A DNA stretch of 64,000 nt from Gammaproteobacteria bacterium. GTDB lineage: Bacteria > Pseudomonadota > Gammaproteobacteria > UBA4575. A program made the position numbers and the translations under genes. The notes beneath the pieces are model-generated. The model had not been told where the DNA came from. It made no database searches and saw only the letters and a program-made list of their open reading frames with translations. The stretch covers positions 480,001 through 544,000 of the forward strand of contig CBDEUS010000002.1 of NCBI GenBank assembly GCA_965243395.1, in the 5' to 3' direction. Positions 39,697 to 48,944 of the stretch are shown here, piece by piece; position 1 is the stretch's first letter, and each line of letters begins with the position of its first letter.

Positions 39697-40560
39697 ATGG
39701 AGTTTAAAATCGGCAAACTTGCGTCGGAGACGGGAGTGGGCGTGGATGCAATTCGTTATTATGAAAAACAGGGACTCGTGCAACCGGTCGATCGTAGATC
39801 CTCTGGGTATCGAATCTATAATGATCAATCGATCAAAGAAATTGAGTTCATCAAGCGTGCCCAACTGCTGGGCTTCAATCTTTCGGAAATCAAAAACATT
39901 ATTGAGATCGATAAGAATCAAGACAATATTGATCAAATAAAAAATGTATTACGCAATAAAACGCGCGCACTCAAAAAATTATTATCGGATACGGCATTAA
40001 TCACGCGAGCCTTAAATATTATTGATGCAAAATACAGTGGTTCACGTGATTTGAACTTCATGGATGTAATTTTCAGTGATGAAATCGATGCGTTAACTGA
40101 TTCATCTGAACATAACAATACGTATCTTCTTGAAACCGGCACCTGGAATATTAATGGATCGGCAAAAGCGGTCGATGGAACCGTCCTCGATGTAGTGGGT
40201 GTGTCGACCATCACCCATGAAGAAAAGATTTGGACCATTCGTAATGATTTCGTCATAGGAGGCGGACCCGTCAGTACCGTGATCATTCACGTGCCCCCCA
40301 TCCAAAACAATATGGATGTATCTAGATATGTGGGAAACTGTTGTTTGTATGGAGAAGTGGCCGGAGTGGTCACGTTATCGGAGTCGAATTTATTTAAGTG
40401 CTATGAAATGCCCGAATTTGGTTATAAGGGTTTTGAGCATTTGAAAAAACTCAGCAGCGAAGTCTATGATGTAAACGGATCCGTCATTGATGATGAAGTC
40501 ACGCAACTTCAATGGGAATATCGGCTGGAGCGTACGGAAACGTCTGTACCCTCATCGTAA
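39697..40560 (+). CDS. MerR-family regulator with an extra C-terminal domain
   Basis: KIGKLA..TGV....IRYYEKQGL.....R..SGYR.Y, FIKRAQ.LGF.LSEI; about 150-aa beta-rich extension containing CC. Confidence 0.85.
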   Translation: MEFKIGKLASETGVGVDAIRYYEKQGLVQPVDRRSSGYRIYNDQSIKEIEFIKRAQLLGFNLSEIKNIIEIDKNQDNIDQIKNVLRNKTRALKKLLSDTALITRALNIIDAKYSGSRDLNFMDVIFSDEIDALTDSSEHNNTYLLETGTWNINGSAKAVDGTVLDVVGVSTITHEEKIWTIRNDFVIGGGPVSTVIIHVPPIQNNMDVSRYVGNCCLYGEVAGVVTLSESNLFKCYEMPEFGYKGFEHLKKLSSEVYDVNGSVIDDEVTQLQWEYRLERTETSVPSS

Positions 40561-40610
40561 TTGAATTACATTAAATATTCTCTTTGAGAATATTAAAGGT
40601 TTGGGGACTA

Positions 40611-40637
40611 CCAATCCTTTAAGCAATGATACAAGGA
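40611..40637 (+). repeat. 27-bp direct repeat, copy 1
   Basis: CCAATCCTTTAAGCAATGATACAAGGA, 26/27 identical to 52518-52544. Confidence 0.85.
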
Positions 40638-40818
40638 ACACCGCTCCTAGGTGCATATAAAAATATGAGACTAGAATAAATGAGTTAGGGCTTGATACTT
40701 TCTAATTAGAATAATTTCCACTGATACATCCACCCTATATCGGTCATCAAGATCGGTATTCATCACAATAAAATATATTTTGTGAGAAGAGAACTACCAA
40801 TTTCTTTAATATTTACCA

Positions 40819-40921
40819 ATTTTCCGCTATTGACCGAAAGGAGACAAAAAATGGGACTCAGTTGATTGGATTTAAATAAATACAAGTTCAAAATGTCTGC
40901 TTACGACCCAAAGCGGACATT
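40819..40921 (+). repeat. two 30-bp palindromic sites flanking a conserved 43-bp spacer
   Basis: ATTTTCCGCT-ATTGACCGAA-AGGAGACAAA and AATGTCTGCT-TACGACCCAA-AGCGGACATT. Confidence 0.85.
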
Positions 40922-41207
40922 CGGAAAAAACATAAAGGACTGGTGGTCCTCAAATCATTACTACTTATTTACATTCTAAACTGTAGGTGAAACCAACTAG
41001 CAGGCCGAATATTTAAAAATAGCTTTCAGCATATATCTAGATTTATAGTTCGAAAAAACTGAAAGATTACGAAGATTTAAACGTATTTTAAACTATTGTT
41101 AACTTGAGTTAGATCAGTAATTTTAGTCCTAGCTTTATTATAGTGGTTAAGTGCTTTGAATAATAATGTTCAAGTTTAATTATGCGACATCTTCGTGAGG
41201 TAAAAAG

Positions 41208-42167
41208 GTGAATAAATTTTCGAATATTATTTTTGTCTTAGAAGAAGAAATCGATAATACCGCAGCATTTCAACAAGCGATTTCTTTGGCAAAAAATCAT
41301 CAAGCAATGCTTACTGTGGTTGGTACTGTGTATATGTCAAGCATTGATCAGAAAAGTGGTCGTAACAACGAGCTTGTACCAATTCTAACTAAGCAGAGAC
41401 AAGGGCAACTAGAGTCTCTTGTGAATGGAATAAAAATCTCTGACATTGAGATCAATACCAAAGTTCTCATTGGGCGACCGTTTATTGAGATCATTCGTGA
41501 AGCGATCAGACAGGAAGGAGATTTGATTATAAAATGTGTTAAAAACACTAGTTCTATGGCTCGTTATTTATTCTCTGCTTCAGAAATGAAGTTGCTACGA
41601 AAATGCCCATGCCCAGTATGGTTAGTAAAATCAACACAACAAATTGGTGATCGAGAAATACTGGTTGCATTAGATTATCAACATGAAGACGCAGAGAACG
41701 ATGATCTCAATCAACGCTTATTAGAACTTTCTATTTCATTGTCATTAGCTGGTTATGGGGAGCTACATATTGTACACGCATGGAATTTACCTTATGAAAG
41801 CTATTTACGTGGTCCGCATATGTCCTACACAGATTCAGAAGTGGATGATATGGCTCATCAGGAGAAGTCGAGCCGTACAAAATGGTTATCGGATGTAGTT
41901 GAGAAATCTTGTAAGTTATACGGTGAAGAAACGATAAATTTCCTTAAACCGCAGCTACATCTCGTACATGGTAATGCAAAGCACATGGTACCGAAAATTG
42001 TAAATGAAATTGGTGTAGAACTAGTTGTGATGGGAACAGTGGGCCGCGCAGGTGTTCATGGTTTATTAATAGGCAACACAGCAGAGAATATTCTTAACCA
42101 ACTCGATTGTTCAGTATTAGCAATTAAACCAGAAAATTTTGTCAGTCCTATAATGATCGACGACTAG
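41208..42167 (+). CDS. tandem-domain universal stress protein (UspE-like)
   Basis: LLRKCPCPVWLVK, ELHIVHAW, VVMGTVGR.G..GLLIGNTAE.IL..L.CSVLAIKP. Confidence 0.9.
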   Translation: MNKFSNIIFVLEEEIDNTAAFQQAISLAKNHQAMLTVVGTVYMSSIDQKSGRNNELVPILTKQRQGQLESLVNGIKISDIEINTKVLIGRPFIEIIREAIRQEGDLIIKCVKNTSSMARYLFSASEMKLLRKCPCPVWLVKSTQQIGDREILVALDYQHEDAENDDLNQRLLELSISLSLAGYGELHIVHAWNLPYESYLRGPHMSYTDSEVDDMAHQEKSSRTKWLSDVVEKSCKLYGEETINFLKPQLHLVHGNAKHMVPKIVNEIGVELVVMGTVGRAGVHGLLIGNTAENILNQLDCSVLAIKPENFVSPIMIDD

Positions 42168-42231
42168 TAGTAATAAATTTGGTTAGATGAGTGTTACTTT
42201 TTCAGAAGTTTATAATCTTCAATAACATGAA

Positions 42232-42261
42232 TATGTCCGTTATTGGCCGTAAGCAGACATT
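42232..42261 (+). repeat. 30-bp palindromic site
   Basis: TATGTCCGTT-ATTGGCCGTA-AGCAGACATT. Confidence 0.85.
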
Positions 42262-42349
42262 AACGACACAATTCGTGTATGGAAAACAGTGCAAGCAGTA
42301 ATTGTGATATTCCAAAGCATCACACCTATGATGCTCCAAACCGAAAGTA

Positions 42350-43246
42350 TTAGATTTCTTCTAATAACCATTCTTGAAAACATTTAATTTTCTTGCGATG
42401 AGCATAGGATTCAGGATATACAAGTGTATATCTTCCACCAAGAGGAATTTTTTGTTGATAGGGTGCAACTAAACGATTAGTCGTAAGATCCTCGTCAGAC
42501 AAACTTATTCGACCCAGTACAATTCCAGCTCCATCTATTGCAGACTGCACGGCATGGTCCGGTTCACTAAAATGTGGCCCTAAATCAAAATTAATATCTG
42601 TATAACCTGATTGTTCAAACCAATATTGCCATCCTGGTTTACCTAAAAACGTCTCAATGGAATCATCATGTATAAGGGTAAAACTTTTAAGATCTTCAAT
42701 TTTTTCAAGCTTACCTTTTTCTTTTATTAATAATGGGCTACACATAGGTGTTATATGTTCTTCAAAAAGCTCAATTTTTTTCAGGCCTGGATAGTCATCG
42801 GGACTGAATCGAATTGCCGCATCAACGGACTCCCGGTGAAAGTCTACAATTCTGAGGCTTGATGAAATATGAAGATTGATATTTGAATATGCGGAATTGA
42901 ATTTTTCTAACCTAGGACTAAGCCACTTTGCGGTAAACATTGGCGCGGCACTTATACTTAGTTCTTCTCTACCTTCATCTCCTACAATTTGTTCAATCGC
43001 TTGATCAAGCTGTAAAAAACCATCACTTAATCTTGGCAATAATCTTTTAGCGGTATCAGTGAGGAATAATTTATTAGGTTGTCGCTCAAATAATTGAGCA
43101 TCTAAATATTCTTCTAGGGTTTTAATCTGTTGGCTAATTGCACCAGGGGTGACATGCAGTTCTTCAGCAGCTTTAACAAAACTTAAATGTCTAGCCGCGG
43201 CCTCAAATGAACGTAAAGCGGTAAGTGGATAGTTGCGTCTAGTCAT
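42350..43246 (-). CDS. LysR-family regulator (GcvA-like)
   Basis: PLTALRSFEAAARHLSFVKAAEELHVTPGAISQQIK.LE; start placed at MTRRN. Confidence 0.92.
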   Translation of the reverse strand: MTRRNYPLTALRSFEAAARHLSFVKAAEELHVTPGAISQQIKTLEEYLDAQLFERQPNKLFLTDTAKRLLPRLSDGFLQLDQAIEQIVGDEGREELSISAAPMFTAKWLSPRLEKFNSAYSNINLHISSSLRIVDFHRESVDAAIRFSPDDYPGLKKIELFEEHITPMCSPLLIKEKGKLEKIEDLKSFTLIHDDSIETFLGKPGWQYWFEQSGYTDINFDLGPHFSEPDHAVQSAIDGAGIVLGRISLSDEDLTTNRLVAPYQQKIPLGGRYTLVYPESYAHRKKIKCFQEWLLEEI

Positions 43247-43361
43247 AAAAACCCGCCCTATATTTTCTAAACCAGGCTTAAGAATTACTCGTTTGCTGGG
43301 AAGCAAGACTGTAATTATCGTTTTACCTTCAATTTATCACAACTATTAAGGAGAAAGGGCT

Positions 43362-43808
43362 ATGCCTATTATTGATATTGAAATCCCGCAAGGGGCGTTA
43401 AAAGACAATGTAAAACACCAACTACCTGAAAAATTAGGCCGTATTGCCATTGAATATGAAGGGTTAAGCGGCAGTCGATTTGCACAAGAGTTTACTTGGT
43501 TATACATCCATGAGTTACCGGTAACTCATGTAGCGCAAGTATCTGGAGAGCTGCCTAAGCCAATTTATCGGGTCACCTTTACTACTTTAGAAACACTTTT
43601 AGACGATGAACGTAAACACATGCTTGGTGTTGATGTTGCCAAAGCTATTTACGAAGCAGAAGGCTCAAAGTGGAATCCCGAGGAAGCCCATAACCGGGTT
43701 TGGACATTTTTTAATGATGTCAGACAAGGTGACTGGATTGCTGGCTCACTCATCAACAACATTCCAGATCTTCAAAAAAGAGTGGAAAAAGAGCGAGCGG
43801 CTGCCTAG
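43362..43808 (+). CDS. tautomerase-family protein
   Basis: N-terminal Pro (MPIIDIEIPQGAL), two beta-alpha-beta repeats; divergent from the LysR gene. Confidence 0.75.
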   Translation: MPIIDIEIPQGALKDNVKHQLPEKLGRIAIEYEGLSGSRFAQEFTWLYIHELPVTHVAQVSGELPKPIYRVTFTTLETLLDDERKHMLGVDVAKAIYEAEGSKWNPEEAHNRVWTFFNDVRQGDWIAGSLINNIPDLQKRVEKERAAA

Positions 43809-43893
43809 GTATTTGAAATTTATTAGTAATGAATAAGTGCATCCCATTATTTATGGGATGCACTTTAAAAGAAGATTAATGCAGGAGATTACA

Positions 43894-44502
43894 ATGCAAA
43901 ATTTAAACAAAGGTGTTTTTTCTAAAAACCCTAACTATAACGAATCAACAATGCGCAAAGAGTTCGCCCAGCTAATGCCTTTGCGAACGATCGTTATCTA
44001 TTGTTACGACCCACGTGCAACCGGTATTCCATCTGCGGTGGCACAAGAGTTTGGAGATGTATATCCCGGGGAAACAGTGTTTGATGAGGAAGGTAATGGG
44101 ATTGCTACTACATGCTCATTATTAAATGTAATTGTGGCGGGCGGGCGGGCGATTGATGCGCTTCGCTCCATAACTGTTGGGCAACACTTGTTAGGAGTGG
44201 AGAACATTGTTGTCGTTCATCATACCGATTGTGGTGCTACGTCATATACAGCGGATGGAATCGTCGAAGCTTTTAAACATGAGCATAATGTTGATATATC
44301 GAACTTATATGACCAAGCTAGTGTTTGCATTACTGATTTTGAATCTTCGCTCAATCATGACGTTCAATTAATTCGTAACTCAGTTGGCACACCGCCACAT
44401 GTAAATATCTATGGCTATGTCTATGACATAGACACATATGAATTAACCAAAATCACTGAAGATTTATCTTCCAATACATTTCAAGCATCAGCGGTTCAAT
44501 AG
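43894..44502 (+). CDS. beta-class carbonic anhydrase / COS hydrolase-like protein
   Basis: CYDPR, AGGR, VHHTDCG Zn ligands, GYVYDI; start placed after the AGGAG RBS. Confidence 0.8.
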   Translation: MQNLNKGVFSKNPNYNESTMRKEFAQLMPLRTIVIYCYDPRATGIPSAVAQEFGDVYPGETVFDEEGNGIATTCSLLNVIVAGGRAIDALRSITVGQHLLGVENIVVVHHTDCGATSYTADGIVEAFKHEHNVDISNLYDQASVCITDFESSLNHDVQLIRNSVGTPPHVNIYGYVYDIDTYELTKITEDLSSNTFQASAVQ

Positions 44503-44514
44503 AAGGTAAATATT

Positions 44515-45060
44515 ATGAGTAATTTCAGTTATTCAAAAAAATTCCTAGGGGTAGGGGATGTTTTCTTACGCTCCCCTGATTATTACAAACCTTTACTCGA
44601 CTTTTTGGAAAACGTAATGGTCAGTGAATCGGAACTAACAAAAGCAGAACGGGAAATCATCGCATCGCATGTATCTAATATTAATGGATGCACATTTTGC
44701 TTGAATGCGCATCGAGCCACGCTAGAAGCAATGAATGTGAGTAATGAAACAATATCCACACTTGAGAATGGGATAGAAATAAAGGGTATCCGTGATGAGT
44801 TGCGACAATTAATCGTATTTGCAGATAAATTAACACGAACACCTGAAAGCATATCAATTACTGACATTGATGCTCTTAAAGAAGTAGGTATTTCAGAACA
44901 GACTATTGAAGATACGATAAATGTTGTGTCGATCTTTAATTATGTAAATCGATTGACAGATTCATTTGGCGTGAAGGGTAACCCTCTATATTTCAAGCAA
45001 GTGGGCACGTCACTTGTAAAATATGGTTATGCGCATTTGCTGAATAAAAAGGCGGCCTAA
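44515..45060 (+). CDS. AhpD/CMD-family peroxidase-related protein
   Basis: EREIIA..VS..NGCTFCLNAH motif. Confidence 0.85.
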   Translation: MSNFSYSKKFLGVGDVFLRSPDYYKPLLDFLENVMVSESELTKAEREIIASHVSNINGCTFCLNAHRATLEAMNVSNETISTLENGIEIKGIRDELRQLIVFADKLTRTPESISITDIDALKEVGISEQTIEDTINVVSIFNYVNRLTDSFGVKGNPLYFKQVGTSLVKYGYAHLLNKKAA

Positions 45061-45078
45061 TTCTTAGGAGACCAGCAA

Positions 45079-45225
45079 ATGAATAAGTTTTATAAAGGAA
45101 TTGCTTCACTAGTAATTTTAGTGATTATCATTCTACAAATCGTCTATGTTATGCAAGATGAACATATAAGTAATGATAATCAAAAAAATTATGCGTTAGA
45201 AAGATTTCCAGACATTCATCCTTGA
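45079..45225 (+). CDS. small single-TM protein (48 aa), not in the ORF track
   Basis: AGGAG RBS; MNKFYKGIASLVILVIIILQIVYVMQ... Confidence 0.5.
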   Translation: MNKFYKGIASLVILVIIILQIVYVMQDEHISNDNQKNYALERFPDIHP

Positions 45226-45244
45226 TTAGTGAGAGTTCTTTAAA

Positions 45245-45637
45245 ATGAACGACAAACTCGCATGGAACATTAAGGGAGAAACGTTTGAGGATGGAAGTAA
45301 TCTATCGGATTGGGAAAAGTTTTACCAAAGCCCGGAATGGCATTGGCAATATGATACTCATGAGATGACATTTGGAATTTATAAACATTCAGGGCAATTT
45401 TGGAAGCTTTATCTTGGGCGATATGTTCTCCCAGGTGAAACTGATTATACATACGATTACGGTGGTGTTGCTTGTCGCATGATGCTGGTTAAATATCGTA
45501 GTAAAGCTCGTTCACCACATTCTTCTATGCTCAAAGAAAAGGGCGAGGAAGAATGGATACGCACTAACGAATACGATCCTATCATTCACTCAATCTTAAA
45601 AGAGGGAGAAACCTCAGTTGAATATGATGAAAAATAA
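45245..45637 (+). CDS. hypothetical protein
   Basis: 130-aa aromatic-rich ORF. Confidence 0.6.
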   Translation: MNDKLAWNIKGETFEDGSNLSDWEKFYQSPEWHWQYDTHEMTFGIYKHSGQFWKLYLGRYVLPGETDYTYDYGGVACRMMLVKYRSKARSPHSSMLKEKGEEEWIRTNEYDPIIHSILKEGETSVEYDEK

Positions 45638-45860
45638 TGTAGAACAGAAAGAGCCTGAAGAAATTACATTATGGCAAGCTGTGAAGAGTGTGTTGGCTTC
45701 ATTTATTGGAATTCAAAATAAAAAGAATATGGAGCGCGATGCTCAATCAGATAAAAACATTCCCATATTCCTCGCAGTAGGTTTTATACTCGCAATCCTG
45801 CTCCATGTAATAATTTACATAGCCGTAAAAATAATTCTTTGGCAATCAGGGATTTCCTAA
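45618..45860 (+). CDS. DUF2970-like small membrane protein
   Basis: WQAVKSVLASFIGIQ..KN.ERD followed by a TM helix. Confidence 0.75.
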   Translation: MNMMKNNVEQKEPEEITLWQAVKSVLASFIGIQNKKNMERDAQSDKNIPIFLAVGFILAILLHVIIYIAVKIILWQSGIS

Positions 45861-45889
45861 AATATTGAACATCGAATATATTTAATAAA

Positions 45890-45992
45890 CTTGTCCGCTA
45901 TTGGCCGGAAGCAGACAAATTATAGGATGAGTCAGGTTGGAATCAATGAACTACAAACTTAAAATGTTCGTTTTAAGTCAATTGCGGACATT
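45890..45992 (+). repeat. two 30-bp palindromic sites (second degenerate) flanking a 43-bp spacer
   Basis: CTTGTCCGCT-ATTGGCCGGA-AGCAGACAAA and AATGTTCGTT-TTAAGTCAAT-TGCGGACATT. Confidence 0.8.
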
Positions 45993-46079
45993 GTTAAACT
46001 ACGCTCTGCAGACATGTATTCATCATATTAAGCATCTACTTTGTGTGACGAGGACTACCAATCCTCTTAGCTTTATTCA

Positions 46080-46109
46080 ATTGTCTGCTTTCTGCCAATT
46101 GTGAACATT
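46080..46109 (-). repeat. degenerate 30-bp palindromic site, opposite orientation
   Basis: ATTGTCTGCT-TTCTGCCAAT-TGTGAACATT. Confidence 0.65.
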
Positions 46110-46127
46110 TAGTCCTCTAAAATTTTT

Positions 46128-46847
46128 TCAAAAATGAAATCTTGTGCTAATAATATAATTTGTATCATCAGGGCCATTAAGATCTTGCGTAACCCCTCCT
46201 TCTAGAACCCAACGTGGTGTTACGACCCATTGAAATCCACCCGTAATTTGTTGTACAACCGTATTACCTTCTACTCCCCGTCCTGCAAACTCCAGAACAG
46301 TGTTAACTTGTGAAGATAATCCCCACTCTGGATATTCTTTAGGGAAAATTCGATATTGCCATGACACGTCATAGCGCAATGTATTGGATGCATCATCGAT
46401 GCCTTGTTGCCAAAGTGCATCAATATCAACTTCATGTCGATCATGAACATGAGTGACGACAAACCCAGCTGAAGCTTTCGGATCTCGATCACTCTCCGTT
46501 GGTACTACTGCACCTAAAAGCAAACCAAATCGTGTCGGATTTCTTGAATCAAGATCTTGCCAAAGAATATTGCGATATAATAAATCTATATCTCCCAACC
46601 GATCTCCTTTCCCAGAAGAAATTCGATAGGGTACAGCTATGAAGAATGATTGTTTACCATCAATTCCGTAAGCAAGATTTGAGGCAAGTCGATCGTTATT
46701 GGTTTCTGGGAATTCGTCTACAACGAATCGCGTAACGGCTCCACCTTTATTGATTGGTAATGCAACAAAGGAACGAAGGCCCATTGCATAGCAGTTGACA
46801 CTTGTTAAATACAGACTACAAAGAATTAACAGGCCACAGTTTCGCAC
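46128..46847 (-). CDS. putative outer-membrane beta-barrel/transporter protein
   Basis: signal peptide, amphipathic beta strands, C-terminal RFHF; in the metal cluster. Confidence 0.6.
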   Translation of the reverse strand: MRNCGLLILCSLYLTSVNCYAMGLRSFVALPINKGGAVTRFVVDEFPETNNDRLASNLAYGIDGKQSFFIAVPYRISSGKGDRLGDIDLLYRNILWQDLDSRNPTRFGLLLGAVVPTESDRDPKASAGFVVTHVHDRHEVDIDALWQQGIDDASNTLRYDVSWQYRIFPKEYPEWGLSSQVNTVLEFAGRGVEGNTVVQQITGGFQWVVTPRWVLEGGVTQDLNGPDDTNYIISTRFHF

Positions 46848-47203
46848 GGATGTTCAGCTCGACCATAATGTTGAGAGACTCCAGAAGCAAAACCCGCATC
46901 TTTAATAATCTCTTTGAGTTCCTCAATCGTTACAGTAGCTCCTGGTATTAAATAAATACGTGTTTTATTTTGCTTTAAGCTTATATCTGCTTTTTCAACC
47001 TCTTTGTGTTTTTCTAGATTCTTTTTTAATCCATACACGCAAAAGCTACAGGTCAGCCCGTTAAGTTCAAATTCTACTATTTGTTCATGTGTGGCGATTG
47101 CAGAAAACGGCCCTAATAGCAAAGAAAGGCATAATATCAAGACATATGCGAATGGGTGATTCGATGATATATGCTGCAATGAAGCCGTTGCTTTTGGAGA
47201 CAT
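46826..47203 (-). CDS. periplasmic heavy-metal-associated (HMA) protein
   Basis: GLTCSFC motif after a signal-like N-terminus. Confidence 0.8.
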   Translation of the reverse strand: MSPKATASLQHISSNHPFAYVLILCLSLLLGPFSAIATHEQIVEFELNGLTCSFCVYGLKKNLEKHKEVEKADISLKQNKTRIYLIPGATVTIEELKEIIKDAGFASGVSQHYGRAEHPCETVAC

Positions 47204-47274
47204 ATAGCTTTCCTTTATAAAGAATTATTTAAATATTAATTGTCTACCACGTTCAATAGCAAACTTTTACATAC

Positions 47275-47562
47275 TTAACCTTTGCTTGAAACTTTGCCAA
47301 TGGCGCAACTAACCACAGATGTCGCTTTAGTCTTGAGATTATTGGAACCCAGAGATCCAACTTCTGGATAACCTAAGTTTTTGAGTTTTTCGCTAAGAGT
47401 GTGTTCAAGACTGGCATTTGTAGTCTGAGTTGTCACAACAACCTGTTTATCTTCAACATTGACATCAACTGCTTCAACTCCATGTATTTCACTCAACTTT
47501 TTTGTGATGGTATTGGCGCACCCACCACATCTGATGTTTTCAACTTCAAATTTATATTCCAT
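47275..47562 (-). CDS. HMA-domain copper chaperone
   Basis: VENIRCGGCANTI; C-terminal VSCAIG. Confidence 0.85.
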   Translation of the reverse strand: MEYKFEVENIRCGGCANTITKKLSEIHGVEAVDVNVEDKQVVVTTQTTNASLEHTLSEKLKNLGYPEVGSLGSNNLKTKATSVVSCAIGKVSSKG

Positions 47563-47595
47563 TTTCTATTCCTTTGATTATTCACTTATTTAACT

Positions 47596-48918
47596 CTAAG
47601 TAATTTTAGGACGCACTGGGTTACCAAAGTCAGGATCACTGCTTATTCGAGAAGCAACTGTTCCTGGTGGAGAGGCATACCAACCTGGATCACCGTAGTC
47701 ACCTTTTGCAAGGCTGTCGCGCACCTTAACCGTTGTAAACATTCCACCCATTTCTATGTTTCCATACGGTCCTTTCCCCGTCATCATCGCAAGTGTATTT
47801 CTAGGGCCAGGGTGGTGTCCCATGTCTGTATGCACTTGATGTTCTGCCATTCCATGTTCACCCATTGCCATAAAGCCCGGTAACATTTTCTGAATTTCTT
47901 GTTCGATACCCGATTGATCGACACCAAGTGTATTGGGGATTTCATGTCCCATTGCATTCATGGTGTGATGTGCCATATGACAATGGAATGCCCAGTCACC
48001 GGGTTCTGCTATAAACTCAATATCACGAATTTGACCCACAGCCACAATTTCAGTGGTTTCATTACGCCAACGAGATTGTGGCCAGCGGCCACCATCTGAT
48101 CCAGTTACCCAATACTGAACACCATGCATATGTAATGGATGATTCCACATTGAAAGATTTGCCATACGAATACGTACTCGTTCTCCGGTTCGTGCAACGA
48201 CTGGATCAATGTAAGGAAAAACTTTGCTATTCATGGTCCATAAATCGAAATCTTGCAAGATAGATGGATCAGGACGATAGGTTCCGGGGTGAACACTCCA
48301 ATTGTGAAGTAAAAAACAATAGTCTCTATCTACTGGAACCGCTTCTCCATTTTTTGGGTGAATGATGAACATTCCCATCATACCAACTGCCATCTGTGTC
48401 ATCTCATCTGCATGAGGGTGATACATGTGACTACCGTGTTGCTTTAACGTAAATTCATAAGCAAATGTTTCGTTGGGTTTTATTTGCGGTTGATTTAATC
48501 CGCCTACACCATCCATACCGCTTGGTAATAAAAGACCATGCCAATGAATAGTCGTATGTTCTTTCAAACAATTGGTAACTAAAATTCGAACACGGTCCCC
48601 TTCAACTGCTTCAATTGTTGGTCCAGGGGTTGTACCGTTATAGCCCCAGCATTTTGCAGTAGTGCCAGGTGCAAATTCATGTTCAATTTCTTCTGCGACT
48701 AAATGAAATTCCTTAACACCATTTTTCATTTTGTATGGTAGTGTCCATCCATTTAGTGTTCGACATGGTAAATAGGATTGTTTGTTTCCAGAGGATTTTA
48801 CAGGTGTTGCAACGTTTTCTAATGCTTGCTCAACTGACATTGCAGTTTTGGTTGCTGTTAAACCTGCTGCGAGTGCACCCACTCCGGTATACGATAAAAA
48901 TTCTCTTCTTGAAGTCAT
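47596..48918 (-). CDS. Tat-exported multicopper oxidase
   Basis: SRREFL leader, IHWHG, MYHPH, HPLHMHG, FHCHMAHH. Confidence 0.92.
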   Translation of the reverse strand: MTSRREFLSYTGVGALAAGLTATKTAMSVEQALENVATPVKSSGNKQSYLPCRTLNGWTLPYKMKNGVKEFHLVAEEIEHEFAPGTTAKCWGYNGTTPGPTIEAVEGDRVRILVTNCLKEHTTIHWHGLLLPSGMDGVGGLNQPQIKPNETFAYEFTLKQHGSHMYHPHADEMTQMAVGMMGMFIIHPKNGEAVPVDRDYCFLLHNWSVHPGTYRPDPSILQDFDLWTMNSKVFPYIDPVVARTGERVRIRMANLSMWNHPLHMHGVQYWVTGSDGGRWPQSRWRNETTEIVAVGQIRDIEFIAEPGDWAFHCHMAHHTMNAMGHEIPNTLGVDQSGIEQEIQKMLPGFMAMGEHGMAEHQVHTDMGHHPGPRNTLAMMTGKGPYGNIEMGGMFTTVKVRDSLAKGDYGDPGWYASPPGTVASRISSDPDFGNPVRPKIT

Positions 48919-48944
48919 TTTGTTACTCCTATGTTTTAATTCTA

